Shown here in pieces: positions 37,541-49,000 of a stretch of DNA of 64,000 bases. The notes beneath the pieces are model-generated. The model did no database searches. It saw nothing but the letters and a program-made list of their open reading frames with translations, and was not told where the DNA came from. Position 1 is the stretch's first letter. Each line of letters starts with the position of its first letter. The translations under genes and the position numbers were made by a program. The stretch comes from Candidatus Thalassarchaeaceae archaeon (GTDB lineage: Archaea > Thermoplasmatota > Poseidoniia > Poseidoniales > Thalassarchaeaceae). Location: contig JASLKP010000003.1 of the NCBI GenBank assembly GCA_030747485.1, positions 20,309 to 84,308 of the forward strand, written 5' to 3'.

Positions 37541-38104
37541 ATGGATGAGAAAACAAGTGATTACGTGACAGTAGGGATGATGGGGTGTTCATTCGTTCTT
37601 GCTCTACTAGGAATGTTTACCTCCGCATGGCTCGTTCTAGATATGCAAATGTGGGATGAGGATATACAATACACGATTTCTCTCTCCTCAGTAAATGTGA
37701 TTTTTGATGGCGAAGAAGAAAGTATGTCATTGTCTGAGGTTTGTCTACCAGACGGAGGAGATTTGGGAATGGATTTTTGTTCCATGCAAACAGCAGGCAC
37801 CACAGCCAAGGTTTTCATTTGGATTGGTCTCATCTTGTGTCTTTACATGATTGTCATCTCTATTCTCCCGATTGCTGGCAAGGGTGATTTGGTCAATCGA
37901 ATTCCAGCAGTATTGACGATGATTGCCAGTTGGGCCGCTGGTGGAATGATACTGGCAGGCGTCATCCTATGGTACTTGATTGCCCCAACCGCTGGATTCG
38001 ATGTCGGCTTCAGTGCTTACATGACATTATTCGCAGGCCTTCTGGGACTTGGATCCACGTTCATGAACAAGTTTAGATTAGAAGTCAAAATATCTCGGCG
38101 TTGA
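37541..38104 (+). CDS. Hypothetical membrane protein (4 TM)
   Basis: Hydrophobic helices throughout. ATG 37541 is preceded by AGGTGA at SD distance (the track start 37532 is that GTG). No family recognised. Confidence 0.6.
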   Translation: MDEKTSDYVTVGMMGCSFVLALLGMFTSAWLVLDMQMWDEDIQYTISLSSVNVIFDGEEESMSLSEVCLPDGGDLGMDFCSMQTAGTTAKVFIWIGLILCLYMIVISILPIAGKGDLVNRIPAVLTMIASWAAGGMILAGVILWYLIAPTAGFDVGFSAYMTLFAGLLGLGSTFMNKFRLEVKISRR

Positions 38105-40948
38105 TTACAAACCGAGATTGCTTCTAGCGGCATCAAGAGCTGTGTCCAAACCATCTGGGTTCGAGCCACCACCTTGAGCAAAGGTTGGACGACCGCCACC
38201 TCCACCACCAATATGTTCAGCGATCTGATTGAGTAGGTCAACAGCATTGTGCTGTTCAGCGGCAATTGTCCCTTCTGTGATTGCGATGATGAGTTTGCCT
38301 CCACCTTCACGACTTCCAATTACGGCAACAGTCGGCTTGGATGCATCACGCGTCAATTCACCAATCATGGTTTGCATTTGTTTGAGTTCACCTGTTGCTT
38401 CCATAATCACATAGCGAATCCCATCTTTTTCTATCGCTTCATCACCGCCTCCACTGGTACGCAGGCGAACGATTTCGGCTTCTAGATTCTCAATTTGTTT
38501 GGCTTGTGATTTCCATTCCTCAAAGAATCGATTGACAGACTTCGGAAGGTCATCGATAGACACACCTAGAATCTCTGCAGATTCAGTCAATATGCGCTCT
38601 TGCCGGCGGGCGTGCTCACGTGCTGTCTCTCCGGCCACGATTTGCAGACGCTCTACCCCATCTTGTACTTGGCTAGAGCGGACGATGCGAACCTCCCCAA
38701 TTTTACCGGCTTTGTCATGATGCGTTCCTCCGCAGGCCTGAATATCATGATCCCCAATTTTGATAATGCGGATTTCACTGTGTTTAGGTGCGCCACCCTG
38801 ATACAATTCAAATCCATATTGGGCATCGGCCTCAGCGCGTGGCAACACAAATTTCTCAATGCTAGGATTCTGTTCAATAATCATGTTTGCATGATCTTCG
38901 ATTCGATCTAAATCATCTCGAGTAAGACGTTCAAAATGTGTGACATCTAATCGAGCATAGCGCTGTCCTTTGCTAGAGCCTGCTTGCCAAATGTGTGGAC
39001 CAAGTAATGCTCTAACTGAACCACCTACAATGTGTACTGATGTGTGATGGTCCATCAACTGTAAACGTCGTTCTGCATCTAATTTACCTGTCACTGGGCC
39101 ACTAATTTCGCCATCGGTTAGATGTAAAATGACGTCTTCTTCAATTCGCGTATCTAGAACTTGAACTCCACCAAGTGTTCCGGCATCACCAAGTTGACCG
39201 CCACCCTCAGGATAAAACAGAGTTCGATCCAAGACGACTGCATGTGTTGGAATACCTCCGACCTCACTAGATAGGTTCAATTCACTGGAATCAATTGGAG
39301 TACAATGCAACACATTGGCAGTAAATTCCATCTGTGAGGTGTCAGCATAATAATCACGTGAGGTCGCAGGTAAATCCACATCAAAGCTGTTTTTCTTGGT
39401 CTTCGCTTTGGCTGCGGCCTTGGTTTGTTGGGCATTTCGAGCAGCCATGTCAGCGGCAAACCCCACTCGGATTGAGAGTTGTTCCCAACCGGCCAGATTG
39501 GCGATTGAAACGACCATGTCTGGCTGCAATCCACGCTCCTCTGCCAATCGATACAGTATGTCGTCTGGTGCTTCAAGGGCATCTAACGGAACTTTTGCGA
39601 AAGCCGTTCGGACGGCTGCTTCGCCCTTGCGTAACATCTCATGATAACGAGCCTCTTCCAAATTTAGAATCGTGATGATTCCTTCACGAGATTGGGCAAA
39701 TCCAGACATGTCAAGGTGTGCATCCATATGATGAGCACCCAATTCGCCAAGTGTGATTTCAAGACCAAGGTCTGTCTTCATTCGACAGACTCGACGTGCT
39801 AGCATACGAGCAAGGTATCCGGCCTTCGCATTTGATGGGACCAAAGCGTCGCCTAGCATATTGCACAAAGCATGCATATGATCTGGGATTGCATAGATGG
39901 ATGAAAGGGGTTCAGTTACCGATTTCAATTCATCCACCGTGACTGAAATCCCACGGTCATGAAGCCGTTCAGATAGGCGATTATACAGTGATTCTGTGTC
40001 CGTTCCAACGTCTATGTTCAAAATCCCTGCCAATCGAGACAACTCACTCAAGAGTGAATCAATGTCAACATCACCCAACAATCGAATCTTAGAATCAAAG
40101 TCACTTTCAGATTTGAGCCATTCCAATGTTTCTGGATAGATGGCTTCGTAGATTGTAGGGGTCCCTGCCGCAGCCCAGCAGAACCGTTCCAGACCATAGC
40201 CCGTATCGATAATTTGTAATGGCATCTCAGAGTAATGAATGCCTTTGATTTCGATTTCACCATCTTCGCATTCTTCTAAATTCATGAATACCAGTGTTGC
40301 CAATTCCAAGCCACCAACGATGACCTCAACGGCAGGTCCTGCATTACCACCACCACTCCATGGATTCTCGACGTATGTGATTTCCATCGGATCGATGCCA
40401 AGAGTATTGACGAATAAATCATCACAGAATGCTACACATTCTTCAATCCAATACTGAATATCGTCTTCATCTGGCTTATTGAAGCAATGATGAGCCATCA
40501 TCTCAAATGTCGTAAGATGTCTCCCTGAACGACCCACAGCAGCAACATCTGTCAATCGAATACAGGGCTGAGAGATGGTCAAAGGATTGGCGGGAGGTGG
40601 CACATCCCCTGAGGTCACATGCGGTTGAAAATCTGCGATTGAAGCAATGGTGAGGTGGATATCATCTCGCCAACGAGCAATGACTGGGTATGGTTCGATC
40701 CGAGAATGTGAATGCGACTCAAAATATCCAAGGAATGTTTCCCTCATCGCATCCTTGAGTGATTTTCCTCGCATTGGATATCCATCGATGATGGGTGCGC
40801 CGATGAACGTGTATTCATCTTCAGTGGTATCGCCACTGGTTTCCCGACTAGAATCTCGTGTCCAAAAATAGAGCCCTGTCACACGACAAGTCTTGCGAAC
40901 AAAACCTTGTTTTGAGAAGTATGGAATATCGATTTCACCGAACACCAT
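38105..40948 (-). CDS. alaS: Alanine--tRNA ligase, archaeal type
   Basis: N-terminus MVFGEIDIPYFSKQGFVRKTCRVTGLYFWTRD, editing-domain HHTSVH and QACGGTHH motifs, and a C-terminal DHHA1-like end. ATG 40948 is preceded by GGAGAGGAG. The track start 40963 is a GTG inside that SD. Confidence 0.92.
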   Translation of the reverse strand: MVFGEIDIPYFSKQGFVRKTCRVTGLYFWTRDSSRETSGDTTEDEYTFIGAPIIDGYPMRGKSLKDAMRETFLGYFESHSHSRIEPYPVIARWRDDIHLTIASIADFQPHVTSGDVPPPANPLTISQPCIRLTDVAAVGRSGRHLTTFEMMAHHCFNKPDEDDIQYWIEECVAFCDDLFVNTLGIDPMEITYVENPWSGGGNAGPAVEVIVGGLELATLVFMNLEECEDGEIEIKGIHYSEMPLQIIDTGYGLERFCWAAAGTPTIYEAIYPETLEWLKSESDFDSKIRLLGDVDIDSLLSELSRLAGILNIDVGTDTESLYNRLSERLHDRGISVTVDELKSVTEPLSSIYAIPDHMHALCNMLGDALVPSNAKAGYLARMLARRVCRMKTDLGLEITLGELGAHHMDAHLDMSGFAQSREGIITILNLEEARYHEMLRKGEAAVRTAFAKVPLDALEAPDDILYRLAEERGLQPDMVVSIANLAGWEQLSIRVGFAADMAARNAQQTKAAAKAKTKKNSFDVDLPATSRDYYADTSQMEFTANVLHCTPIDSSELNLSSEVGGIPTHAVVLDRTLFYPEGGGQLGDAGTLGGVQVLDTRIEEDVILHLTDGEISGPVTGKLDAERRLQLMDHHTSVHIVGGSVRALLGPHIWQAGSSKGQRYARLDVTHFERLTRDDLDRIEDHANMIIEQNPSIEKFVLPRAEADAQYGFELYQGGAPKHSEIRIIKIGDHDIQACGGTHHDKAGKIGEVRIVRSSQVQDGVERLQIVAGETAREHARRQERILTESAEILGVSIDDLPKSVNRFFEEWKSQAKQIENLEAEIVRLRTSGGGDEAIEKDGIRYVIMEATGELKQMQTMIGELTRDASKPTVAVIGSREGGGKLIIAITEGTIAAEQHNAVDLLNQIAEHIGGGGGGRPTFAQGGGSNPDGLDTALDAARSNLGL

Positions 40949-41058
40949 GGTACTCCTCTCCACATCGACGAGTCATAGGTGGCTCTTCAAGAACACTGTC
41001 GACACCCATAGGGTGTCGTAGCCGAAAGCGACTAAATGCGTTAAGCCCACGGCCGCCT

Positions 41059-42531
41059 GTGTCCGAAGATGATGTGTGGCGTGACCACCTTGAGCCAGCC
41101 GGTCCTGGTTTGCACCGAATTAGGCGACATGGTGACATGCTTGTCGATGCAATGCTGGTCGGTGATTCGGACCATATACATCGACACGGCGAGGATAAAT
41201 CTCCGAATCAATTGGTGAATACTGCATGCCTACCTGGAGTGGTAGGTCAAGCATGGGCTATGGCTGATTGGCACTTTGGTTATGGATTTCCAATCGGCGG
41301 AGTTGTTGCGACAGATATCGAAGCAGGTGGAGTGATTTCACCAGGAGGTGTTGGCTTTGACATCAATTGCGGCGTACGATTGTGTGCACTTGATTTAGTA
41401 CAATCTGATTTGAAGGATATGAAGAAATTAGGACGGAGGTTGAAGGGTAGAATTCCTGCTGGACCGTCGGGGAAAGGTGGAGTTGATTTGTCCCCCATGA
41501 TGATGGATTCAATCTTGTCAGGTGGTGCCAAAGCAGCAATCGAACACGGTTGGGGTGAAGACAGAGATTTAGCAGCGATGGAATCGAATGGTCAACTGGA
41601 GACATACGAGAGAAATCTGTCCGAACGTGCACTCAAGCGAGGAGAATTATCCCTAGGCACATTGGGCAGTGGGAATCACTTCCTAGAACTGCAAGTCGTT
41701 GACCAAATTGTGGATCAAGATGCAGCCCGTGCATTCGGGCTTCGAGAAGGACAAGTGACAGCGATGATTCACACTGGATCTCGCGGTTTAGGTCATCAAG
41801 TGTGCTCAGATCATGTCGGTGCATTAGAGAATCATTACAAATCACGAGGGCGCAATTGGTATGCTGAAAAATGGGACATGGTCATTCCAGATCGGCAATT
41901 GGCTGCAGCACCATTCCATTCAGCAGAAGGACAGGCCTATTTTGAAGCCATGCAATCTGCCGGAAATTATGCATTCGCCAATCGTAGTGCATTGACGCAG
42001 AGATTACGTGATACATTACGAGCACATTTGGGCACTGATGGTGACTTGGAAGTCGTCTATGATGTATGCCATAACATCGCGAAAGTTGAGGATCATGTCA
42101 TCCACGGCATCAGTTGCTCATGTTGTGTACATCGCAAAGGTGCAACACGTGCATTGGGAGGCGATCATCAAGAATTGTCACCTAGATTCGCTGGAATTGG
42201 TCAACCAGTTCTCGTCCCTGGAGACATGGGGACTGCATCATGGGTATTGGCCGGCCCGAAAAGTGGTTCAAATCAAGCATTCGATTCATCCTGTCACGGT
42301 GCAGGACGTGCATTATCCCGTAGTCAGGCACGAAGAACAATTGATGGAGTTAAATTACAAGAGAAACTAGAACAGCAAGGCATCACAGTTCATGCGAACA
42401 CACCGAATGTACTCTCTGAAGAAGCACCTGAAGCCTACAAAGACGTCGATGAGGTGATTCGATTGACAGCGGAAGCAGAATTGGCACGACCAGTGGCCAG
42501 ATTACGACCATTTTGTGTCATCAAAGGGTGA
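41059..42531 (+). CDS. rtcB: RNA-splicing ligase RtcB
   Basis: Motifs DWHFGYGFPIGGV, GSGNHFLE, HTGSRGLGHQV, CHNIA, PGDMGT and SSCHGAGR. The start is uncertain. GTG 41059 or 41074 fits the ~20 residues expected before the conserved (R)M.V.a motif, and a CTAAAT TATA-like box ~25 nt upstream would suit a leaderless mRNA. The track start 40858 overlaps alaS. Confidence 0.9.
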   Translation: MSEDDVWRDHLEPAGPGLHRIRRHGDMLVDAMLVGDSDHIHRHGEDKSPNQLVNTACLPGVVGQAWAMADWHFGYGFPIGGVVATDIEAGGVISPGGVGFDINCGVRLCALDLVQSDLKDMKKLGRRLKGRIPAGPSGKGGVDLSPMMMDSILSGGAKAAIEHGWGEDRDLAAMESNGQLETYERNLSERALKRGELSLGTLGSGNHFLELQVVDQIVDQDAARAFGLREGQVTAMIHTGSRGLGHQVCSDHVGALENHYKSRGRNWYAEKWDMVIPDRQLAAAPFHSAEGQAYFEAMQSAGNYAFANRSALTQRLRDTLRAHLGTDGDLEVVYDVCHNIAKVEDHVIHGISCSCCVHRKGATRALGGDHQELSPRFAGIGQPVLVPGDMGTASWVLAGPKSGSNQAFDSSCHGAGRALSRSQARRTIDGVKLQEKLEQQGITVHANTPNVLSEEAPEAYKDVDEVIRLTAEAELARPVARLRPFCVIKG

Positions 42532-42720
42532 TTATTCTTCACGATCTTCTGAATCTCGACCTGTGCTGAAATGGAACTTGGCAATCGAAATTATTCCTAG
42601 CCACCATAGAATTTCAATTGAGAAAAGAAGTAGGCCTAGGCCGACACCTATGCCAGAATCAATTTGATTGACTCCGGTGGTTTCAGCCGCTTGATTCCAT
42701 GACTCCCCAATACTTTGCAT
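42532..42720 (-). CDS. Small membrane protein (62 aa)
   Basis: One or two hydrophobic helices (GIGVGLGLLLFSIEILWWLGIISIA) and an acidic C-terminus. It lies 18 nt downstream of the 65-aa ORF on the same strand. Confidence 0.4.
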   Translation of the reverse strand: MQSIGESWNQAAETTGVNQIDSGIGVGLGLLLFSIEILWWLGIISIAKFHFSTGRDSEDREE

Positions 42721-42738
42721 ATTTATTGCATCCCATTA

Positions 42739-42936
42739 TTACATGGAGACGCCCGTGCGAGGTGTTCCCGCATGGACTGGTGCTGCACCTGATTGAACTC
42801 CGTCAGCTTCCTCCATTATGATGGTCAGGAGTGTGTTGACGAGTTTCCTTAAATCCTCGACTTCACCTTGAAGCGCTGCCATTTCTCGTGTAATTGTAAC
42901 CTTACGGTCTTCTCTAGCGTTCATGGTCCCATCCAT
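42739..42936 (-). CDS. Small coiled-coil-like protein (65 aa)
   Basis: REMAALQGEVEDLRKLVNTLLTIIMEE is heptad-like. A TTTATA box lies ~50 nt upstream. No family recognised. Confidence 0.4.
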   Translation of the reverse strand: MDGTMNAREDRKVTITREMAALQGEVEDLRKLVNTLLTIIMEEADGVQSGAAPVHAGTPRTGVSM

Positions 42937-42983
42937 CCTGAGGAAGTTGCCCTCCTCGAAATGGCCATCTTATCGAATCGGTC

Positions 42984-42989
42984 TATAAA
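42984..42989 (-). promoter_or_regulatory. TATA-box-like TTTATA upstream of the 65-aa/62-aa small-gene pair
   Basis: The plus strand reads TATAAA (minus strand TTTATA), ~50 nt upstream of ATG 42936. Position and sequence fit an archaeal TATA box. It is flanked upstream by the GAAAC/GTTTC repeat array. Confidence 0.35.
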
Positions 42990-43069
42990 GGAAACGATTT
43001 TGTTCGGTTTCGGAAACCGTTTCGAAACATTTTTTGGAAACGCCAAGATGCAGTTTCACGGTTTCAAGA

Positions 43070-46000
43070 TTATTCTAACAACCGTGAAATGATCTCACCC
43101 TTGGTGCCACTTGAATCGATATTGCGTTGTTCAGCCAATTCAACCAATTCTGCTTTCTTCAAGCGTTTCAACTTCGCTTCAGAAGGAATAGGTTCGATAT
43201 CAACCTCAACTACAGGTTCGATTTCACCGTCAACTTCCGGTGCTGCTTCAATTTCTGAATCTTGAACGTCATCAGTTGTTGATTCTTCAAAGCCATCTCC
43301 AAAACCAGTTGGGGCAGGTGGTGGTGACGCTGGAGCATGGTGTTGAATGATTTGAGTTGCTGACCAACCTTTGTCCATCCATGCAATGATTCTCTTCTCT
43401 GCCCAATCAGGCAAGGCTGCCTTAACTTCAGCAATTGCAATCGCCCGAGGATCTGCTGGCCCTGGTTCAGGCGATTGGTTCAACCCTGAATCAACAAATT
43501 GTGATGCCGCTTGATCAAGTTCACTTTGTTTGAGATATCCATTTCCATCTGTATCAAAGTCACGTGCATAATCTAAGAAGGCATCTCGGTCCAAAATACC
43601 GTGCTGAGAAATAACATGTGCAACGGTTTCATCATTGTAATCAAGAGGGCACTCCTTTTCGACTGCGACTGTTGATTTTGCAAGCATTCCAGTGAAGTCG
43701 GCCGCAGCTCGATCAAGTTCATCTGCATCGAGGAATCCATCATTGTCGCAATCATATCCGTATGCGTGTTCCAAGAATCCAGGTTTGTCATGAATTCCAT
43801 GACGTGCCAGTGTATTCCACAGCGTCTCATTCTCGAAATCTAAGCGATGGCCGCTTGGTTCATCCTCCCAATCATCATCGAAATCACCATCGTATTCATC
43901 ATCGGCCACTCCAGAGGGCCTACGAATGACAATTACCAACAAGATGAGTACAACCATGACTAGTAAGCCAATTACACTGACTAACAAAATGGTGCCACTT
44001 TCAAATCCTGAACCAGAAGCTAGTGGTTGGACATCGGACATTGGAACTTCTATTCGATTCGATTCATCGCCATCGATGATGATGTAGAGAGACGTTGGAC
44101 CCTCTTGCCACGCCTCCCATTCAAATTCTGCCGTGACATTGCTCTGCATTGGATTCAAACTGAGGGTTTTGTTTTCTGTAACGATATGCCAAATATCTCC
44201 TAAACGTTCCACCAATGACACATTAATCTGGCCACCACGCAACCCTTCATTAGAAAAGCCAACCTCTACAGATACCATTGCTCCAAAATCAGGAGGATTT
44301 GGTGAAATTTCCCAATTGGTTAGAATGGGGACGAATTCAATGATTGCTAATGTGGGAACTCTTGGGGATTGTTCAGTACCTTCTCCACTCAATGGATTAC
44401 CTGCCAAATCCTCGCCTGAAAACCAGATGATGATTTGGTCACCATCATCCAAACGTTGACCATCTGTAGGCATCAGGTCAAATGTCCCAGTATAGTGGTA
44501 GGAATCTTCGACAATTTCCACGAATTCTAGAGTACCAGACCCGCCAACGCCTAAGCGAGGGACCCCATTTCTCAAGAATTGCCATTCCATTGTCAGTGGC
44601 GTGGTTGGGAATCCACCTTCTTCAAAGATGAGAATGTCAAGTGACACAGGATTCAATCGATCACTCTCTAGATAAGCGAGGGAAGTCGTAGGGAATCGAT
44701 ACGGGTCAAAGACAACTTCAGGTGTGGTGCTATCGACAACAATGGTCGTGTTAGTATTGGGCACTGTTGTCCCCAACCCTGGGACATTCAAGACAGTTAA
44801 TTCAATGGGCATTTCAGAGTGTAATGGTGCACGAGCAGGGAGAACCAATGCTGCACTGAATGTGCCACCCTGTTGAACACTGACTACGCGTTCAAGGACT
44901 GTGCTTCCATACAAAATCTGGGTACGAATAGACAGATTATCTGAAGGGACTGTGAGTGGAGTTCCAGTTGAGCCATATTGGATTACACCATCAATCGAAA
45001 TCTCGTCACCTTGTTTCACATGGATTTGCGTGTTAGTACCCTGACTAACGGGAGGAGTGAGGTCGACCAAATCAGTCACGACTGCAATTAATTCATTGTC
45101 AATTTTCCAGCGTAAATCATTGAGATTATTCACATTAGAGACGATTTGCATGTCATCAGTGACAGTAACACCTGGTACACGATAACTCTGAGTGGCAGGA
45201 GTATCCCAATCCAAAGAGAATGTCAAATCAATTCGTGAGGTGTCTTCAGACAATACGGTCACGACAACACCGTGAGGAGTCACATGGCTGCCAGGTACTT
45301 CCGATAGTGTTTCTTGGCGAGGGTCATAGTGGAATTCACCCAAGGGAGCATACGATTGACCAGCCAAGTATATGCCGATGTCATCTAGAGTTTCAACACC
45401 ATTGGCATCTTGAATGGTCATCGAAATAGTGTGATGCTGACCAGCGAGAAGATGTTGATTAATCGTGTCAATGGAGAACCCAGTGTTCAATAACACAGTC
45501 TCAGTATTTTGAGCAGTTTGTAGTGTCGCCCAATCGTTACCCAGTCCAGGCCCACCACCAGTACCACCATCTTGGTAGGAATTGCCCGCCCAATCTGTGC
45601 CTTCTAGCCACAAACTCACTTTCCCATTGAAACCATTTGCAGCCACCTGAATTCCATTGAATGAAATTTGTTGAGAACCACTTCGCAGAGAGAATAGAGA
45701 TTCGGACATGGATTGATATTCACTGGCCTGCGCAAATCCATCATCATTTGAATCATCAATGCCTTCTCGCCAATAATGGAGAATTGCAACATCGTCTCGG
45801 TCCTGTGCATCAGACACAGTAATGTGAACAGTTAGAGGACTGATCGGGTCCCAAACATATCCATTCGCGTCAAGTAATCCTACAGATGTTGAGACTTCAA
45901 AGGATTCAGCAACTGGTGCTTCATCATCAATTAGTATTGTAACCATTGGCGATGAAATGGTCGTATCATTGGCACCTGTGGCCCCGGTGACAGGACCTAC

Positions 46001-49000
46001 ACGACCAATGGATGGTGACAATGTGTTGTTATCGCCATTGGGCAAGGTGATTGTACCAGAATAGGTACCATTCCCATCAACAATCAATGGCAATTCTTGC
46101 CCTGACAAATTGACTAACATGGCAAAGTCACTTTGCATTGGGCGGTGTGCAACTGTGTTTTGGAATCTCACGTGCCCACTCACAGTCACATCATCCCCAC
46201 TTCTCATGTGGTATGGATAATCTGGAGAAAATTGATTGGATACATCGAATCCAGCCTCATTGTGAACGAGGAATCCACTGATTTCCAAATCATTCTCGAT
46301 TGCCTGACTACCTTGTCCACCTGTCTGGGCTGTCGCTGGAGCAATGCCTAATCCAGATTGATTGTAAGCCAAAGCCGACCATGTAATGCTTGCAACGTCA
46401 TCCCATGTCCAAGAAACTTGGAACCTCCATGTCACTTCAAGAATACCATTGACATCATTGACTGTGCAATCCAATTCCATCGGCAATTGGTTTGAACCAG
46501 AAGTTTGAGTGAAGATGGCGGTATTTGCTGGGTCATTCACTTCAAACACAATACTTGTTCCATCACTAGCCATTCCACCTAAAGCGATTTTTGAAATTTC
46601 ATTATTATCATACAAATGTCGATGCCGTGTTTTGATTTCTATGACTTGAGAATCTGGATACATGGTACCTGGAGAAGTAAATGGATAATTGGTAATCATG
46701 AGTTCATGATAGATTCCACCGCCAATGATGACTGCACCTCGATTGGCATTGTAAGTCACCGGTATGTCCACAGATGCAACGTTACCTCCAACAGTTGCCA
46801 ATCCATGATAATCAATCATCTGCTGAGTGAGTCCAGTCAGATTTTCGCTAATTGAATAGCCCAATGTAATGGCCGTTACTTCACCGATTTGAGCAATACC
46901 ACCTACCGATAAATTACTGCTCATGTTGAATTCAACGACACGCCAATCCCGATCTGTTTGCAATCCGCTTTGTGATGAAATCATGTTGATATATGCAATC
47001 TGAGACGGATTGAGACTGATTGTATTCAAACCAGAACCAAACGAGGAAGTGGTAGATGATCCGATGCTCAAATCAACTGGTGCACCACAACCTCCACAGT
47101 AAATTGAAACTGCTCCTGACGTTACAATTGCATCTTCTGGAATAAGTACTGAAACTGTTTCAACCTGACTTGCGTATAAATTCAAATCTGATGTCGTCTG
47201 CCTATTTTGTGCAGTGGATATTGTTCCATCTGCAGCTTCGTGGATGTATTGTTGCCATCCATGTAAGCCGTATGAAGCACCCATTGGGAATGACCAATCA
47301 ACAGTACCATCATTGGTCACATCAGCAGTGGGATTTTCTGCAGGTTGTCCGAAATCGCCCTCAGACCATAGTGATGAGATGTGTCCACCTGGATTGACTT
47401 CAATACGGACGCCAAATCCGGGCTGTGGCTGAGGGAATTGGATGGAACCAGTGAGGCCAGATGTTCCAATGACGTTACCTGCTGCATCGACAATTCGCAA
47501 GGTTACTTGGGACCCAGTACCCGTAAAGTCGACACCCGTAATCGGTCGACTAGAATGAACAAAGGGCGCATTAATCTGTAGTACGGCTGAACCATTGTTG
47601 GTCAGATTTGATTCCCACAAATCGAGGCTAGGGTGTACATCCCAACCATTCCCTGTGCCCCGAGCATCTAGGAGACGAACTGAGCCGACATGAACTGCTT
47701 CAATGAGTGGCGTGAGGAAGGGATCATCTGTGCCCATACTAATTTTGACACGTATTCCACCCAGATAGGATGCCCGATCCAGACCATGTAGCGAGATGGG
47801 GAATGAAAGATTCTCAAATCCGTTGATTTGATTACCAGCAGCATCCAAAACGGTTCCAGTGGCCCACGTATTGTCTGGAATCGTACCATCGATATCGATG
47901 ATCCCCAAACCAACTTCGTCCATTTGTACGATATCAGATACCCAATCTCCATCCGCAAGGAAATAATCTACTTCTAGCCCGATATCATCTAGATACCAAC
48001 CATCATAATTCACAATTGAATCGCTTTCAAACGAAAATCTGAACCATACGGTTTGGCCAGAATATGCGGTCAGGTCACCGGTTTTTGTATTCCACACGTT
48101 ATGTGGACCTTGGCAGCCGAATCCCCCCGCAGGTACTGCATTTCGACCATCAAATATGCCCACACCTGCCAAATTGGCAGCGCCATTGAATGGCAATCCA
48201 GTTGCATCATACCAATTGTTTCCTGGATCAAAATGTGTCCATGTTTGGTTGTCTGTTGAAATGAAAACTGCTCCGCCATCATAATTCGACTCGGCACACA
48301 TCCAGTGATTGAAAGTTAGACGGGCACTCGCACCAGACGGAATGGAATAGGGTGGAGTGTACAAGTGATCCCAATTACTGCCTGAGTAAGAGCCACCGAG
48401 ATTTATGCCGAAGCCGAAGGGGGCGGTCGTAAATGATGTTGCACCAACTGATGCTGTTGAGGAAATTGGGCCGAAGTCCCAGTCCCCTGTGGAACTCCAC
48501 CCAGTTGGATGTCCACCAGGTGCACCCGCTGCACTATTTTCAAATCCATCACTGAGGGAAAGTGCCCCAGCACCAATCGAAATGTATTGCCAATCATCTG
48601 CTCCTTGGACGCCACCAGTGGTAATGGCGTAATGAAACATTGTCGATTGAGAATTTAGAGGGTCAGATACAACCAAATTTCCACTTCCGTCAAGCACCGA
48701 GATGCTGTCAAGAATAAGTCCCTCCAAATTATCCATTGGATAACCATAGGTCACGGATGAATCGGTTTGAACTCGATATCGCAAATACACGGTATTTTGA
48801 CCTTGGAATGTCGAGGGTATGGCCAAATCCATTGTGATAAAACCCCCCGTTTCACCAGTATACGTTGTACCTCCGACGCTATATCCTGTGTACGGCACAC
48901 CATTGGTACCAGTTCCAGTTAAATCGGTCCATGTCGCATTGTTGGTTGACATTTCAACCCAAAAATTATCGTAATACGACCCTTCAAGATCCCATTCTAA

